From the human T2T-CHM13v2.0 reference genome, Homo sapiens, in assembly GCF_009914755.1 (NCBI RefSeq), contig NC_060946.1: 64,000 bases of DNA; one strand, given 5' to 3'. Positions 21,346 through 64,000 of this stretch are shown one piece after another. Made by a program: the position numbers and the translations under genes. Below the pieces are notes generated by a model. That model saw only the letters and a program-made list of their open reading frames with translations. It was not told the DNA's origin and made no database searches. How positions within the stretch are numbered: position 1 is the first letter of the stretch; each line of letters begins with the position of its first letter.

Positions 21346-22971
21346 TAATAATGACGATGATAAAATAGAAGGGAAAATCTCAGAGCACATCCTGGGTAGT
21401 AATAGCAAACTGTCTTGGCTGTGTGGTGGCTCATGCCTCTAATCCCAGCATTTTAGGAGGCCAAGGCAGGAGGACTGCTTGAGGCTAGGAGTTAAAATCA
21501 GCCTAGGCAACACAGTGAGGCCCCATTCCTACAAAAAAAAAAAAAAAAAGAAAGAAAGAAAAAATTAGCCGGGTATGGTGGTGTGTGCCTATAGTCCTAG
21601 CTACTCCAGAGGCTGAGGCGGGAGGATTGCTTGCGCCCAGGAGTTCAAGGCTGCAGTGAGCCATGATCGTGCCATGGTACGGCAGCCTGGGTGACAGAGC
21701 AAGGCCCCAACTCTGAAAAACAAAATAAATACAATAAAATAAAATGGTCAAAATGGCCTGGTGCAGTGGCTGGTGCCTGCAACCAGAGCTACTTGAGAGG
21801 CTGAGGCAGGAGAATCACTGGAGCCCAGGAGGTTGAGGCACCACTGAACTCCAGCCTGGGTGAGAGTGAGATCCTGTCTCTTTAAAAAAGAAAAAACAAA
21901 AAAAGCAAACTGTCTCATGAAACTCTTGTTTCCATGTTGCACGCTCTGCCAGGTTGTGATGTAATGTATTTCTTACTCTGGGTCACAGTCACAAAACCTT
22001 GAAATGTCACTCACTGTCTTGGCTCATGCGTCGTAAGCCTTTGTTCCCCAACAGGGGGAAGTGAACCAGCACACAAGGCCCTTCCGTCCTGCGGAGCTCA
22101 CTGCCTTCCTCAGCTCCTGGCCCGCACTTCCGACCACACACTGGGGACACACCCTCGGGGGGGCCCCACCCCAGCAGCTGCCCATGTTCACACCTCTTCA
22201 GTTATTTCAAACTCCGCCTCTCTCGGCCTGATGCCCAACACTTCCTTCACCCAAGGAGGTCCTGTTCAAATATCACTTCTGGCCAGGCGCGGTGGCTCAG
22301 GTCTATAATCCCAGCACTTCGGGAGGCCCCGAGGCAGGCAGATCACCTGAGGTCAGGAGTTTGAGACCAGCCTGGCCAACAGGTGAAACCCCGTCTCTAC
22401 TAAAAATACAAAAATTAGCCAGGTGTGGTGGCACGTGCCTGTAGTCCCAGCTACTCAGGAGGCTGAAGCAGGAGAATTGCTTGAACCTGGGAAGCGGAGG
22501 TTGCAGTGAGCCAAGATTGAGCCATTGCACTGCGGCGTGGGAGGCAGAGGTAGACTCTGTCTCAAAAAAAAAAAAAGTCACTTTCTCTGCCAGTCATATC
22601 TTCTGCAACCCTGAGGAGCCAGGCAGGACGACCCCTTTACCCTCTGAATCAATTGGTCTGTATCAGGGTCTGGCAGAGGGAGGGGAAGTTGGCCCCTCTG
22701 ATTTAATGGATGAATCAAGAAAATGTGTGACTGAGCCATGGATTCATGGGGATGGGGTCCTGGAGCAGAGGCTTGCTGTGCACCTACTAGGTGCTGTGTA
22801 CCTCACAAGCCACTGGGGACATCAGACCACCAGAATAAGTCCACTTTCCCCAAGGAAAGTGGTCAAATGTGGGAGCCAGGTGTGCAAATCCCCACCCCAG
22901 GGTGATAACAGCCCCAATAAAGGCACATGCAAGGGGGACCTTCGGAGCTGATGACACTGTACAGGCATCTA

Positions 22972-23430
<459 letters not shown>

Positions 23431-23723
23431 TTATTTTACATTTATGTATTGAGGGCAGGGACCATGCCTGCTGGGCTGCTCACCACTGCTGAGCAGGATT
23501 CCTGGTGTGGCATCCTAACACAATAAATATTTACTGAATGTGTACTCAGGAAACTGCAAAGGGTTCAGGCTGGCCTGAGAGTAAAGTGAAAGAAGGAAGT
23601 GGTAGAAGAGCCCAGAGGTCTGTGACCCCAGAACCTGGAGGGCACCTGTGGCCTGGGTCTTTCTCCTGCAGGCACTGGGGAAAAGTCGGAGGGTTTATTT
23701 TATTTAATTAACTTATTTATTAA

Positions 23724-24056
<333 letters not shown>

Positions 24057-24590
24057 TAGTTTAGAAAATCCTCAGGTTCTGGTGTTCGGGTGGATGCCTG
24101 GAGTGGGGATCTGGAAATCAGGGGCAGGGGTTAGTAATAACCCAGGTGAGGAGACTTGAGTCTAGAGGCAGCCAAGTGGGGACCTATGGAGGAGTTCACG
24201 TGCTGCAGGTGTGCGCCGCCGAGGCGGAGCCAGGCTCTGGAGCTGCCAGGGGCTCAGAAGCCTCCCTCTCAGATCTCTCCCCTTTTGGCCACAGATGGGA
24301 AGGAGAGAGGCACTCACCCGACCCAGCGTGGCAGTACAGTAGTGTCCAACCTGTCACTGTTGGGCGTGGTGGCGTGTACCTGTAGTCCCAGCTACTGAGG
24401 AGGCTGAGATGGCAGCAGCACTTGAGCCCAGGAGTTGGAGGCTGCAGTGAGCCGACAGCGCCACTGAACTCTAGCCTGGGTGACAGAGCGAGACCCTGTC
24501 TCTAAAAAACAGAAAAGAAAAATTACAGGTCGGGCGCAGTGGCTCACGCCTGTAATCCCAGCACTTTGGGAGGCCGAGGAGGGTGGATCA

Positions 24591-24896
<306 letters not shown>

Positions 24897-24929
24897 CTAG
24901 ATTTGAACCAGGCCCTGCAGTTCTAAAGC

Positions 24930-25760
24930 ACTGGCTTTTGCGGAGCGGCACTCACTCCGCATCGTGGCATAGGTAGATTTCTTTTCTAAAGGTGAGGTCA
25001 GTGCTGGGCACTTAGCAGGCGCCCGGTGGGCTGCGCCGTCCTGGAGGAAGGCTGATTCCTCCCACCCCGACTCCTGGCTCGTGGGTGGGTAATCCAGCAC
25101 ATTCTCCCCACCCCGGCAACCAACTTTGTGGCCGAACAAGCCCTCCCCGGCTTGTTCCGCTGGTCCCAGGCGCCTGCGCATCCGGACACGATGAGGAGCA
25201 GGTGCGCGGGGCCGGGGTGTGTTCGAGGGGGTCGTGCGCGCCTGGGCTGCCTCCCCGCGGACGGCGGACTGGGCCGGGGCGGCGCTTCCTGGCAGAGAGG
25301 CGCGGAGGGGCGTGGCTTTGGAGAGGTGCCCCCGGCGGGCTGGCGGCCTGGCTGCGGTGAAAGGCGGGCGGACGCAGGTGACGACAACCGCTCCATAAAG
25401 GGCGCCGCGGCGCGACGCTCGCCTTATATGGGCAGGCTCGGCGCGGGAGGGGCGGGGCGTTCCACCCAGCTGGCTCCGCACCGAGGCCCGGCCGAACCCC
25501 CGAGGGGGGAAACTTCTCTGCGAGGGTGGAGCCTCCTCAGCGGCGTCCCCAGGTCCCGAGAGGGGTCCCTACCCAGGCTAAGACTCACGACGGGCTCCAC
25601 CCTGCAGGGGCTCAACTTGCAGAAACCCTGGGGCCTGCCTTCCCCAGGGGTCTGCCCTCCTCAGGCCCTGCTAGGGCACTGACTCGGTTTGTGCTGTGTG
25701 GCGTTTTTTCCTTCACCCCACCTGGGCCGCAGGTCCTCGCTAGATAGCCGAGGGAGGGTC
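24930..25760. promoter_or_regulatory. Orphan CpG island with promoter/enhancer motifs
   Basis: Dense CpG in unique sequence; NRF1-like GCGCCTGCGCA 25170-25180; GC boxes; CArG CCTTATATGG 25422-25431 and CArG-like CCATAAAGGG 25393-25402. Confidence 0.85.
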
Positions 25761-25776
25761 CTTTAAGTGAGCTCAC

Positions 25777-35556
<9,780 letters not shown>

Positions 35557-37236
35557 CTGGGATGGCCACAGCCACCGGCTCACCTTGCAGGGCAACGCAC
35601 CTTTTAAGGAGGGAGCTGGAGCAGCGCCCGGGTCCTGCCTCTGGCCAAGGCCTCTGCCACACTTCTCCACGCCCACCCGGGCAGAGAGGCCAGACCCCCA
35701 CTGGGTTCAAATTTGGCACCACTTTTCAGACATGACCTTGGGCAAGTCGATTTCTCTGAACTGTTTTTTTCACTTATGATATGGAAATAATACTTGCCTC
35801 ACAAGAGTGGAATTCGATGAGGTAATGTGTTTAGAAAGTGCGTGGCAAACGGTGCCTTTTAAGGAGCGGCAGTGGGGTCCGGTGGAAAGGGCCAGGGCTC
35901 GGGAGTCGAGGCGCCCCAGCATTGTGCTCTGGCCCCACCCTGGGCTCACTGGGTGTCTTTGAAAGAGTTACTCAACCTCCGATCTGCTCTGCTCCCACTG
36001 TGTCAAATGAGCTGACACCACTTGCCTTGTTGCCTGTTGTGAGATGAAGATCACACACACGCCACCTTCTATCAGATGACAGGAGGCAGCGAGGGTGGTT
36101 CCTGGGGGTGGGTGTGGAAGGCTGCCTGGCCTTGAATCCCAGCTCAGCCACTCAGGGGCTTTGTGACCTGGGGAAGGCTCCTCAACCTCTCGGGGCAGGT
36201 CTCAGGTGGAATCTGAAGGGCAACGCCTTCCCGCGGGGCTGTGCTGAGCTGAGACCCTCAAAACAGTGCCAGGTACCTGGGAGGTGCCTCCTGAGTCTGG
36301 GCAGGTCCTGCTCATCTTAACCAGGGCTTTTGGCCTTTGCAGGATGTTCACTCCACCAGCTTCCGTCTCCACTGACGCCAGTTGCTGGTTTTGTCCCCTC
36401 CATGTGCTTGTGACAGACCCCAGGGTCTGGGGTCCTTCAGAGGCCACGGGCCCCTCTCCTCCCTCGGTCTCGGCAGCCTTCCCAAGGCAGTCCTTGGGTG
36501 GGCCCCTGGAGAATGCAGACAGTTCTAATAGAACAGGGTGAGCCTCTGAGAACAGAGCAATACCAGCCCCATGGCATCCCTGGGGCCACGGAGTAGGGTG
36601 TCAGGATCCCCCTGCCGCCAAGCACCTGATTCACAGGAAGCTGGGGCCTCATCCAGGCAACCGAGCCCTAATGACAGCTTGGCCCTAGGAGCAAGGCAGA
36701 CGGAAGGAAGGCTTTCTTGACTGGCAAGCCTGGCTCCCTTGGCACACTCCTCTATGGCCAAGGGGAGCTGGGGGCCAAGAGGGGTTGTCTGGTCCCAAGG
36801 CCCAGAAGTTCCTGCAGGCACCCATGGGAAGGATAGCCTGATCCCCACAGGGCCAGGCACCTGCTGGGGCAGCCAGGAGCCCTGTCAGTTGGGGAGGCCT
36901 CAGAAGGGTCAAGGGGATCAGCTGTGGGAGCCCAGGTTTCAGAGGCAACCACGTCTGGATAGAAACCCCAGCTCTGCATCCCATGAGCCACAGTGTCTAC
37001 ATCGGGGTAATGGGGACAACAGCCTCTTGCCTTAGGAGGGCACGAGGACTGGCACATGGCATCCTTAGAATAGCAGCCACTGCTGACAAGCATGTTAGTG
37101 AACAGGAAGGGCTGGTTGGAGAGAGTGTTGTGGAGTTAGGGGAGGATGTGGGGACAGTGGACAAGCCCCCTGGGAAAGGGTGACAAGTGCTCTGAGCCCA
37201 CACAGATGTGACATTGCAGATGGTGCAGACCCTTGC

Positions 37237-37242
37237 TTTATT
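37237..37242 (-). terminator. TXN2: TXN2 polyadenylation signal AATAAA
   Basis: tttatt on + strand about 740 nt after the stop codon. Confidence 0.85.
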
Positions 37243-37976
37243 TGTCTGACTTGTTCACAGTTCAGCCCCCTGCTCAGAAAACCAACGGGCCAGCTAAGGA
37301 GAGGAGGAGGCACCTTGAGACTTCCGGAGTCGAGGCTCTCCAGGGTTCCCCAGCCCATCAATCATTTTCTGCACCCCCTGCCTGGGAGGCAGCTCCCTGG
37401 GGGGTGGGAATGGGTGACTAGAGGGGATTTCAGTGTGGGACCCAGGGTCTGTTCTTCACAGTAGGAGGTGGAAGGGATGACTAAGTTCTTTATCACAGAC
37501 CTACAAAAAATGAGATAATTAGATATTACTCTCACTAGTTTGGGCTTCTTTTTTCTTTTTCTTTTTACAAAACAGCAGCTGGAAAGAGAAATGTAGGTGG
37601 CAGACGAGCCAGGCACGAGGTTTCAGATTGGAAGGGACCAAGATGAGGACCAAGGTGTGGCTGCCTGACTAGGAACGCTGTGGGCTGGCCCAGGCTCTCG
37701 CCACACATCCTGGGAGAACTGCCATAGGCCCTAGAAGGAGGGATGAAAGGCGTATGGGAGGGAAGACAGCGGTCCCCGGATCAGCAGCAGCACCACCATC
37801 CTCTGATGGCCCCTGGGCAGTCCGCCAGCTCGGAAGCACTCAGGGCTGGAGCCTGGGCTCTAAGCATGGGCCCCAGGAGCCAGACAGGAGGGAGGCAGCA
37901 GGAAGGGCTGGCATGGAAGGGCTGAGTTCTATTGGGGTCCCACGCGGGCAAGGGAACCAGGACTCATCCCTGCTTG

Positions 37977-51010
<13,034 letters not shown>

Positions 51011-51736
51011 CTGTGAGGGAAAGAGGCAGAAGAACTGGGGCACACAAAAGGAAGTCGACACACTAGAAAAAGATTTGGGGAGTACTCAGGGCTCAGGAAG
51101 AGGCAGAGTTGGAAGCAAAATGCAAGGAAATCATATGTAAGATTTGTAGCGTGGAAGTGAGGAAGCAATGAGAATCAAAGGGAAGGAACAGCTAGGCAAA
51201 CCAGAAGGACAGGAAAACTGGCTTCACAACCAAAAAGAAATCGGGATTTAGATTATAACGGAAGAATGGGAGGAAGAAACCAACAGATTTAATAATGTAT
51301 GTAAGGACCAAGTACCTTACACACATTATTGGTCTTCCTACAGCAACTTCCAGGAAGTTGCTATTGTACTGCCCACACTGCGAGTAAGGGAAGGAATACG
51401 AGGCTCAAGTAAGTTAAGTGACATGCCCAAAGTAACCCCGCTATTAAATGACAGCCAACACTGGAACCCAGGGTCGTCTGAAAAGATGAAACGCAACAAT
51501 TCAAGGAGGAACTAAGAGTGTGAGAGGAACCAAAAACGAAGAGACATGTACTGGAGGGAACCAATAAAGAAGGGACATGTGTGGAGGGAACTGGGAAAAA
51601 TCGGACATCACCAGGGACCCTGGCTCTCCGGCGAGCTAGATCCCCCCGCCCGCCCGGCCGCCAGCCTGCGCAGGAACGCGCTCGCGGCATGCCTCAGCCG
51701 CGACACCACCTCGAGCCACCCCCACAGGGCTCCTAC

Positions 51737-52170
<434 letters not shown>

Positions 52171-52522
52171 GTCCCTCTCCAATTTGAGGGGCGTCTGGGA
52201 TTTTCCGCCAATGGGAATGGCGGGCTGAGGCACAGTTGAAGGGGCGGGGCCTCAGCTACGGACCGGAAGCAATGGGCAGGCCGTCGGGGAACGGATTGGA
52301 AGAGGCGGGCGGGCCCTGGTCTGGGCGAAGGCGGGGGCGGGGCGGGGCGGAAACGGAAGGGGTGGGCGGGCCCTAGAGGAGGGACCGGAAGAGGAGGTGA
52401 TGGAGCAGGGGTAGCAATGGAGGGTACTTAAGGGAGAAAAGGCAGTTGAGAAGTCCCCGTGGTTTTGGATTTTGCAAACTCTTGTTGCTTTATTTTATTT
52501 ACATATATTTATTTATTAATGA

Positions 52523-52861
<339 letters not shown>

Positions 52862-53141
52862 TAATATGTAAAGCTAAGCTCCTCAAAGGCATGATGCCCT
52901 TTATATGTAAAAGAACTCAACCGGGAGTTTAGGGGCCATCCTTTAAGTGGCCCTCGTCTGTGTCCGCCTAAAGGAAAACAAATGAAAACTGAGGCGAGCC
53001 TAATTTAAGCAGGGAGTTTTTTTGGGTCAAGTTCGAAGACTGCAACTCGGAGCAGAGATTCAAGTTGTCCTGAATATACACTCGGATTAGCAGCAGCTGA
53101 AAGAGCGTTTTTAAAAGAACAGGCAGTTTCCAAATTGTTGA

Positions 53142-53435
<294 letters not shown>

Positions 53436-53438
53436 TGA

Positions 53439-53728
<290 letters not shown>

Positions 53729-54671
53729 TAACAGGCGTGAGCCACCGCGCCTGGCCGCCCTGCCCATTTTTGTATCGGTTTTCTGTGTCTCTAGCACTTT
53801 CTTTTCCACAGCCACCTATCAATCCTATTCAGCACTTCCACAGTATTTTCTAGAGAGCCAATTTTCCTGCCTAATTCACATTCTGAATTTCACAGGCGGA
53901 CCAGTCCTGTTTGTCCTTATGCCATAGTCACTTCACCCTGATCGGCCTCAGGCTTCTCATCTGAGCAATGGGAAGAATGCCTTTCTCATAGCTGGGCTGA
54001 GGGTTGCAGTAGAGACAGAATCCACATCATTGCTGCCTGATGACTCCTGCAGGGAAAGCCTGAGAGACACAGAGAAGGCTGAGCTCTCGGCGCGCTACAA
54101 AAGGGCTCTCAGCTACATGGTGGCTCCTCTGTCCAGCTAGAGCTGAGCTGGCCTGGGTCTGGCTTAGTCACAAGCAGGCTCAGGGCACAGCTGAGAGGCA
54201 AAGGGAAGGAAGCCAGGACTGGCAGCCTGGGCTAAGGGTAAAACTTCTACCTCCTACCAATATTTATTGCAGTGTTTTTCAAACTGCAGGATATGGACGT
54301 CAGTGGGTTTGCAAAATTAATTTAGTGGGTGGTGATCTGCTTTTTAAAAAAACAAACATGGTGCCAGGCGTGGTGGCTCACACCTGTAATCCCAGCACTT
54401 TGGGAGGCCAAGGCGGGCAGTTCACTTGAGGTCAGGAGTTCGAGACCAGCCTGGCCAACATGGTGAAACCCCATCTCTACTAAAAATACAAAAATTAGCC
54501 AAGCGTGGTGGTACACGCCTGTAGCCCCAGCTACTCGGGAGGCTGGGCAGGAGAATGGCGTGAACCCGGGAGGCGGAGCTTGCAGTGAGCCGAGATAGTG
54601 CCACTGCACTCTGGCCTGGGCGAAAGAGCAAGACTCTGTCTCAAAAAAAAAAAAAAAAAAAAATAGCTCTA

Positions 54672-57290
<2,619 letters not shown>

Positions 57291-57308
57291 ATCCCAAATG
57301 AGACCCCA
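57291..57308 (-). other. Degenerate tRNA-Pro primer-binding site
   Basis: TGGGGTCTCATTTGGGAT versus canonical TGGGGGCTCGTCCGGGAT, 4 nt after the LTR end. Confidence 0.75.
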
Positions 57309-57312
57309 AATT

Positions 57313-57857
57313 TGTTAGAAATAAATTTTCAGTGCCACAAAAGAAATAGCACTCAAACATACATTTTCTCAGCAAGGCAATTTTACTTCTATACAAGAGT
57401 GCGTCTCATGGATGGTGCAATGGCGAGAGCACACCGGAACAAGGGAGGGGAATGGGTTCTTATCCCTGATGCAGGTACCCCCTACTGCTGTGTTGTTCCC
57501 CTATGGGCTAGGGTTGGACCGCACAATCTAAGCTAATTCTGACTGGCTATTTTAAAGAGAGCAGGGGTATAAGCCAGAGTGGTGGGGTGAGAAGTTTAGA
57601 CAGGAAAGATGGTTACGGACCAGGTGACTAAAGGTGACTCAGGTCAGAGCAGGTGACAGAGGCTAGGAGGGGATTGTTTACTGAAACTAGGGGCAAGGAG
57701 ACATAAAGAATGAGGAAATTAAAAGTTAAAATGAAGAACAAAGAACAGGTGAGCTGAACATACTGATACATTGGTTCTTTGGAGAGGATCTCAGAACTCA
57801 ATGTACTTAACAAATTACAGGCTAAAACCTTTGAAGAAGAATTTATGATATCCTACA
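57313..57857 (-). mobile_element. ERV1 5' LTR, LTR10-family-like
   Basis: Minus strand starts TGTAGGATATCATAAATTCTTCTTCAAAG and ends TCTAACA (TG...CA); followed by a primer-binding site; family from recalled consensus. Confidence 0.8.
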
Positions 57858-57982
57858 TTATCATGGGGTAAACAATTCGTCCCTGACAGAATAAGGCTAC
57901 TGGAGTTCTCTTCTTGTAACTCTGGGAAGGACTAGAGGGAACTGTGTCTGCAGTGGGGCCAGGTAGTTAAAAAGTCTGGACT

Positions 57983-59030
<1,048 letters not shown>

Positions 59031-60024
59031 CCTTGGAATTCTGAGTGGATACATGAAGAGTTAGTAAGAACCAGTGAAAAAGCAATCACTTATGATCCTG
59101 GGCTTTGAAAAATCACTGTGATTATCTTATGCACTTACAAATGAGACTAAGACGCCTGATGGGAAAGTGCAGATTGCTGGTGAGGAAGGGCAATGAAGAA
59201 GAGACTAGGAACCAAATTCATCATCATTATCACACAAAGGCATTTGGAAATGTCACCTTACACATGGTGAGCACATATGGGTGCCAGCCCGAGACAGCAG
59301 GATAAGTTTCACAAAACTTGACCAGGCAGGTTAGAAGCAAGGCATGGTTCAGGATGGCAGAGGGCAGGGAGACAGAAGGGAGTAGGATGGGAGAGAAGAG
59401 CCAGCTGGAAGATGAGTCAGGGGGTGCAACTGGGGAGAGCAGCTCTGAATCCTGCTTCTCAGTGAGAAAGTTGCTAAGATGGCTTTGCAGGGAGCTGTCC
59501 TATCGCTGCTCGAGATCAGCCTGCTGGGCCTATGATGATAAGCAGGGCTGACCCTCTTGGGCTCTGTAGCTAAGCCCAAACCCTGCTGAAAATGGGGCGG
59601 GGAGGTTGAGGCAGTGTGTGGCAAGTGACACAGACGGGGACTCCCAGCTGGGGGTCCCTGGAATTACTTGACATCCCACAGCTGGTGTCTTCAGCAGTCA
59701 TCTGGGGCAACAATCCCACCTGCCCATTGTGGTTGTTGAGGATATCAGAGCTTTTGTTTTAAAGCGCTTGCCACAAACTCTTAAGATGCGGATGGGTTTC
59801 CCCTGTGAAGCACTCCACAGGCGGGATGCAGGCCCATCTGAGGAGGGGCTTGGAAGGAAGAGGAGCACTTGAGACGGGGCAGAACTGGGCTGGCCTGGGG
59901 CTCAGCGACAGCTCCATTGCAGACAAACTGGGCTGGGGAAGGCAGCTCCCACCTGGCAGAGGATGCCCTTCTGCCCCCTGACAGGAGGGAGGAGACCACC
60001 GCATCCCCGACTTTCAGCCCTCAC

Positions 60025-60038
60025 GTGCCATCTGGTGG
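60025..60038 (-). promoter_or_regulatory. CTCF core motif in FOXRED2 3'UTR
   Basis: CCACCAGATGGCAC, with TGCAG 5 nt upstream on the same strand. Confidence 0.7.
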
Positions 60039-60181
60039 CTTTGCTGCAGACACTGCCATGATCTGAGTGGTCTTTGGCAATCACGCATTGGCGGGAGTGT
60101 GAGGTTGCGGGGAAAGAGGGACTGACCATGGGCCTAGGTGGGGAGGCCTGGCCACTGTGCCCACAGCTTAGGAAGGGACAG

Positions 60182-60441
60182 TCAGAGCTCCTCTTTGTTG
60201 CTATCGACGGACTGAGCCAGAGGCCCTGGAGCCAGGGGGGAACCTAGTGGCTCTTGGTCGCCAAGCTGCTGGCTGCTGTCCTCCAGGCGCCTGCCTGTGG
60301 GGGCATAGTCCCGCAGGAGCCTGCTCTCCACTCTGTGCTGCCAAAGGCTCTCGGTACTCACGAGTCCCTGCATCCTCAGGTACCCCTGCTGGCAAAAGGG
60401 TGGCAACTTCTGGCGCGTGAGGGCGAACAGGAAGCAGGACT
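60182..60441 (-). CDS. FOXRED2: FOXRED2 last coding exon, ends in ER-retrieval-like KEEL
   Basis: Acceptor ttttgtgtag|AG TCC TGC joins the previous exon in frame; [26 protein letters not shown]...SVDSNKEEL*. Confidence 0.95.
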
Positions 60442-61067
60442 CTACACAAAAGCAAAATGAGGAGAATGAGCCAGGCTGGGACATGTGGGGAGGGGTGCAG
60501 AAAGGGGAGCTGCCAATGCCAGGTGTGGGGGCTTCACTGCAGGCCTTGCCTGGTATCTTCCATCCCTTGAAACTGGGAGCTGACCTTTCTGGGCATCTCA
60601 CGTCCAACCTGAGTAGGTCATGAATCATGACCCTCCACGAGGCTCCAGGGCAGGGGGCTGCCTTGACACTCTGGAAGAACAAGGCTCCAAAATAAAAGCA
60701 AACCACAGCAATGCCTCAGCTCCCAGACATCAGGGCTGAGCACCGGGCTCTGCAGGCAACCACACTGGGGGCGGGGCTCCGACCTTCATGAGCAGACCCT
60801 CGGCCTGGTGCGGCTGGGAACTCAGTGGTCAGTTCCACTGTGAGCTCAGATCTGCCTGCAAAGACGCAGTCCCTCAACAACATTTGAGTTGCAAATACCA
60901 TGTGCAAAGTTCTGATCTAAACAGTGTGGGGGATAAAGAAAAACGGGTATATCCTCATCTGTCCCACAACAGAAAGCTGGTGCATGAATCAAATTTGGTC
61001 AATCATAAGATAGCTGTGGATACTTATCATGTAGAAATATGAAGAAACGGCCGGGCGTGGTGGCTCA

Positions 61068-61415
<348 letters not shown>

Positions 61416-61466
61416 CTAGGTCTGGGAGTTCCTCGTGGGAATGAGAATGAAGGTAGGGAAAGCGGG

Positions 61467-61991
<525 letters not shown>

Positions 61992-62591
61992 AGTGAGAAA
62001 AAGTCATTTAGCCAAGTACTTATAAGACTTTAAACAAACAGAAGAGCTGACACAGATATGGGCTCAGCCTTCTGAGGGAGTTAGAGACAAGGGCAGACAG
62101 AGTGTCAGGAATGGGCTGGAGTCCTTCTGTAACTCTGAGCGAGCCTTCTTGCCTCCCTGAGCCCCTCTATCTCAAGTGAAAAATGGGCACAGCACAAAGG
62201 ATGTCGTGAGGCTTCCATGGGTGACCAGGCTGAAAGGTGCTCCAGAAATATGACTTCCTGTTTATTTCTGACTCTTAGCATGGAGGCCCCTGGGAGGCCA
62301 GGCCATGGCAAGCCTCTCCAAGCGGGTAAGAGAGCAGATGAGGAAGAGGACAGCGGGAAGACTGGGAGGGCAGCAAGGTGGCTGTTTGGCAGGCACCACC
62401 TTCTGACAACATCATCCCTTCTGCAGGGGGCTCAGATGCTCAGCAGAATCTGGGGCCAGCACTAACAGCTGCACATCAGCTACAGTAACAGAGGGACGGC
62501 TGCCACTATGCCAGCTGGCCGCCTGCTGGGCGGATTCTCTCCAGTCCAAGGCAGCAGCACACAGTGGCCTGTACAGTCAAACAGTGTCTAG

Positions 62592-62918
<327 letters not shown>

Positions 62919-63353
62919 TGACCTCAGGTGATCCACCCACCTCGGCCTCCCAAAGTGTTGAGATTACAGGCGTGAGCCACTGCACCTGGCCTAAAAGTGT
63001 ATTTCTTGAGAAGGTGTGCATTTGCTTCTGTGATTTCTATAGCTCAATGATCTCATGAAGTTTGGCCCCAAATTTACATAAGCAGGGCCTACTGGTTGAA
63101 TATTTTCAGAGATTTTTCTCTCCCACTCTATCTAGGGCCAAAACCATGCATGTCATCTATCTCCTCCTTTGGAGGGTTTTGGCTCCCAGCTTCCCTACTG
63201 AGATCCAAGCTTTATTGGAGTGTCTCTAAACAGGCCTCCCATCCTGCTCCAGCTCTGTCTTCCCACCCATACCTGGCCCTGGCGCCTTCCCATGGCGCCT
63301 GGCCCTGCTAATCCTTTTGAAAAGACATATTATCAGCTGGGTGCGGTGGCTCA

Positions 63354-63635
<282 letters not shown>

Positions 63636-63806
63636 TTATCCATTATTTTTAGGTGAGTTGTAATTTAACCCACGGCATTGTCGGGAACAGTAGTCTGGGG
63701 TTTGGATTTCCAGATATGGGTCCTGAAACTCCACGGGTCTTGGGTCTCTGTGACCTTTCTTCAACCTGGAGCTCAGACCCTTTGTCTTTCTGGGAGCTTA
63801 AGTTAC

Positions 63807-63977
63807 CTGCATAGAAGCTTCGCAAATCGGTGTCCAAACAGTTCTCCAGGAAGCGCCTCAGAGGTAGGATGTGCCCGATCGGGGCAGTCCAGTCTGTTAA
63901 GAAGTCTTCCACGATGTGATGGATGGCCGTGGGCCGAGGCAGGGGCCAGTGTGCAGGGCGGAACCTCACCTCCTGTT
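63807..63977 (-). CDS. FOXRED2: FOXRED2 penultimate coding exon
   Basis: Acceptor ctcctccccacag|AA CAG GAG; (E)[29 protein letters not shown]...DLRSFYA; donor GCAG|gtaact; 171 nt, phase 1-1. Confidence 0.93.
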
Positions 63978-64000
63978 CTGTGGGGAGGAGAGAGGGGGCC

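Noticed and set aside
24897-25682. Several 130-190-aa ORFs over the CpG island
   Set aside because: Arg/Pro/Ala/Gly-rich on both strands, expected from stop-poor GC-rich DNA.
36343-36537. Plus-strand exon-like block (tttgcag|...|gtgagc) and overlapping minus ORF 36202-36447
   Set aside because: Isolated; could not link either to the exon chain in a consistent phase.
60442-60706. N-terminal part of the 174-aa ORF
   Set aside because: Intron upstream of the FOXRED2 acceptor at 60441.

Overview
Primate (by the TXN2 protein, apparently human chr22q12.3) Alu-dense genomic DNA, not prokaryotic; no rRNA, tRNA or CRISPR seen. Firm content: the complete minus-strand TXN2 gene (4 exons, 166-aa mitochondrial thioredoxin, about 37220-51815), two 3' coding exons and the long 3'UTR of minus-strand FOXRED2, a truncated LTR10/HERV-IP-like provirus between them, an orphan CpG island with twin CArG boxes near 25.0-25.7 kb, and many Alu, MaLR, MER and L1 repeats. 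Most ORFs in the track are Alu or microsatellite artefacts. The most unusual observation is a chain of about 11 minus-strand exon-like blocks between 25.8 and 35.6 kb that splice together in compatible phases with only a few in-frame stops, suggesting a decayed or unannotated multi-exon gene. That model was built by eye, needs a homology test, and could be overfitting. Repeat subfamily names are from recall of consensus sequences and boundaries are approximate.
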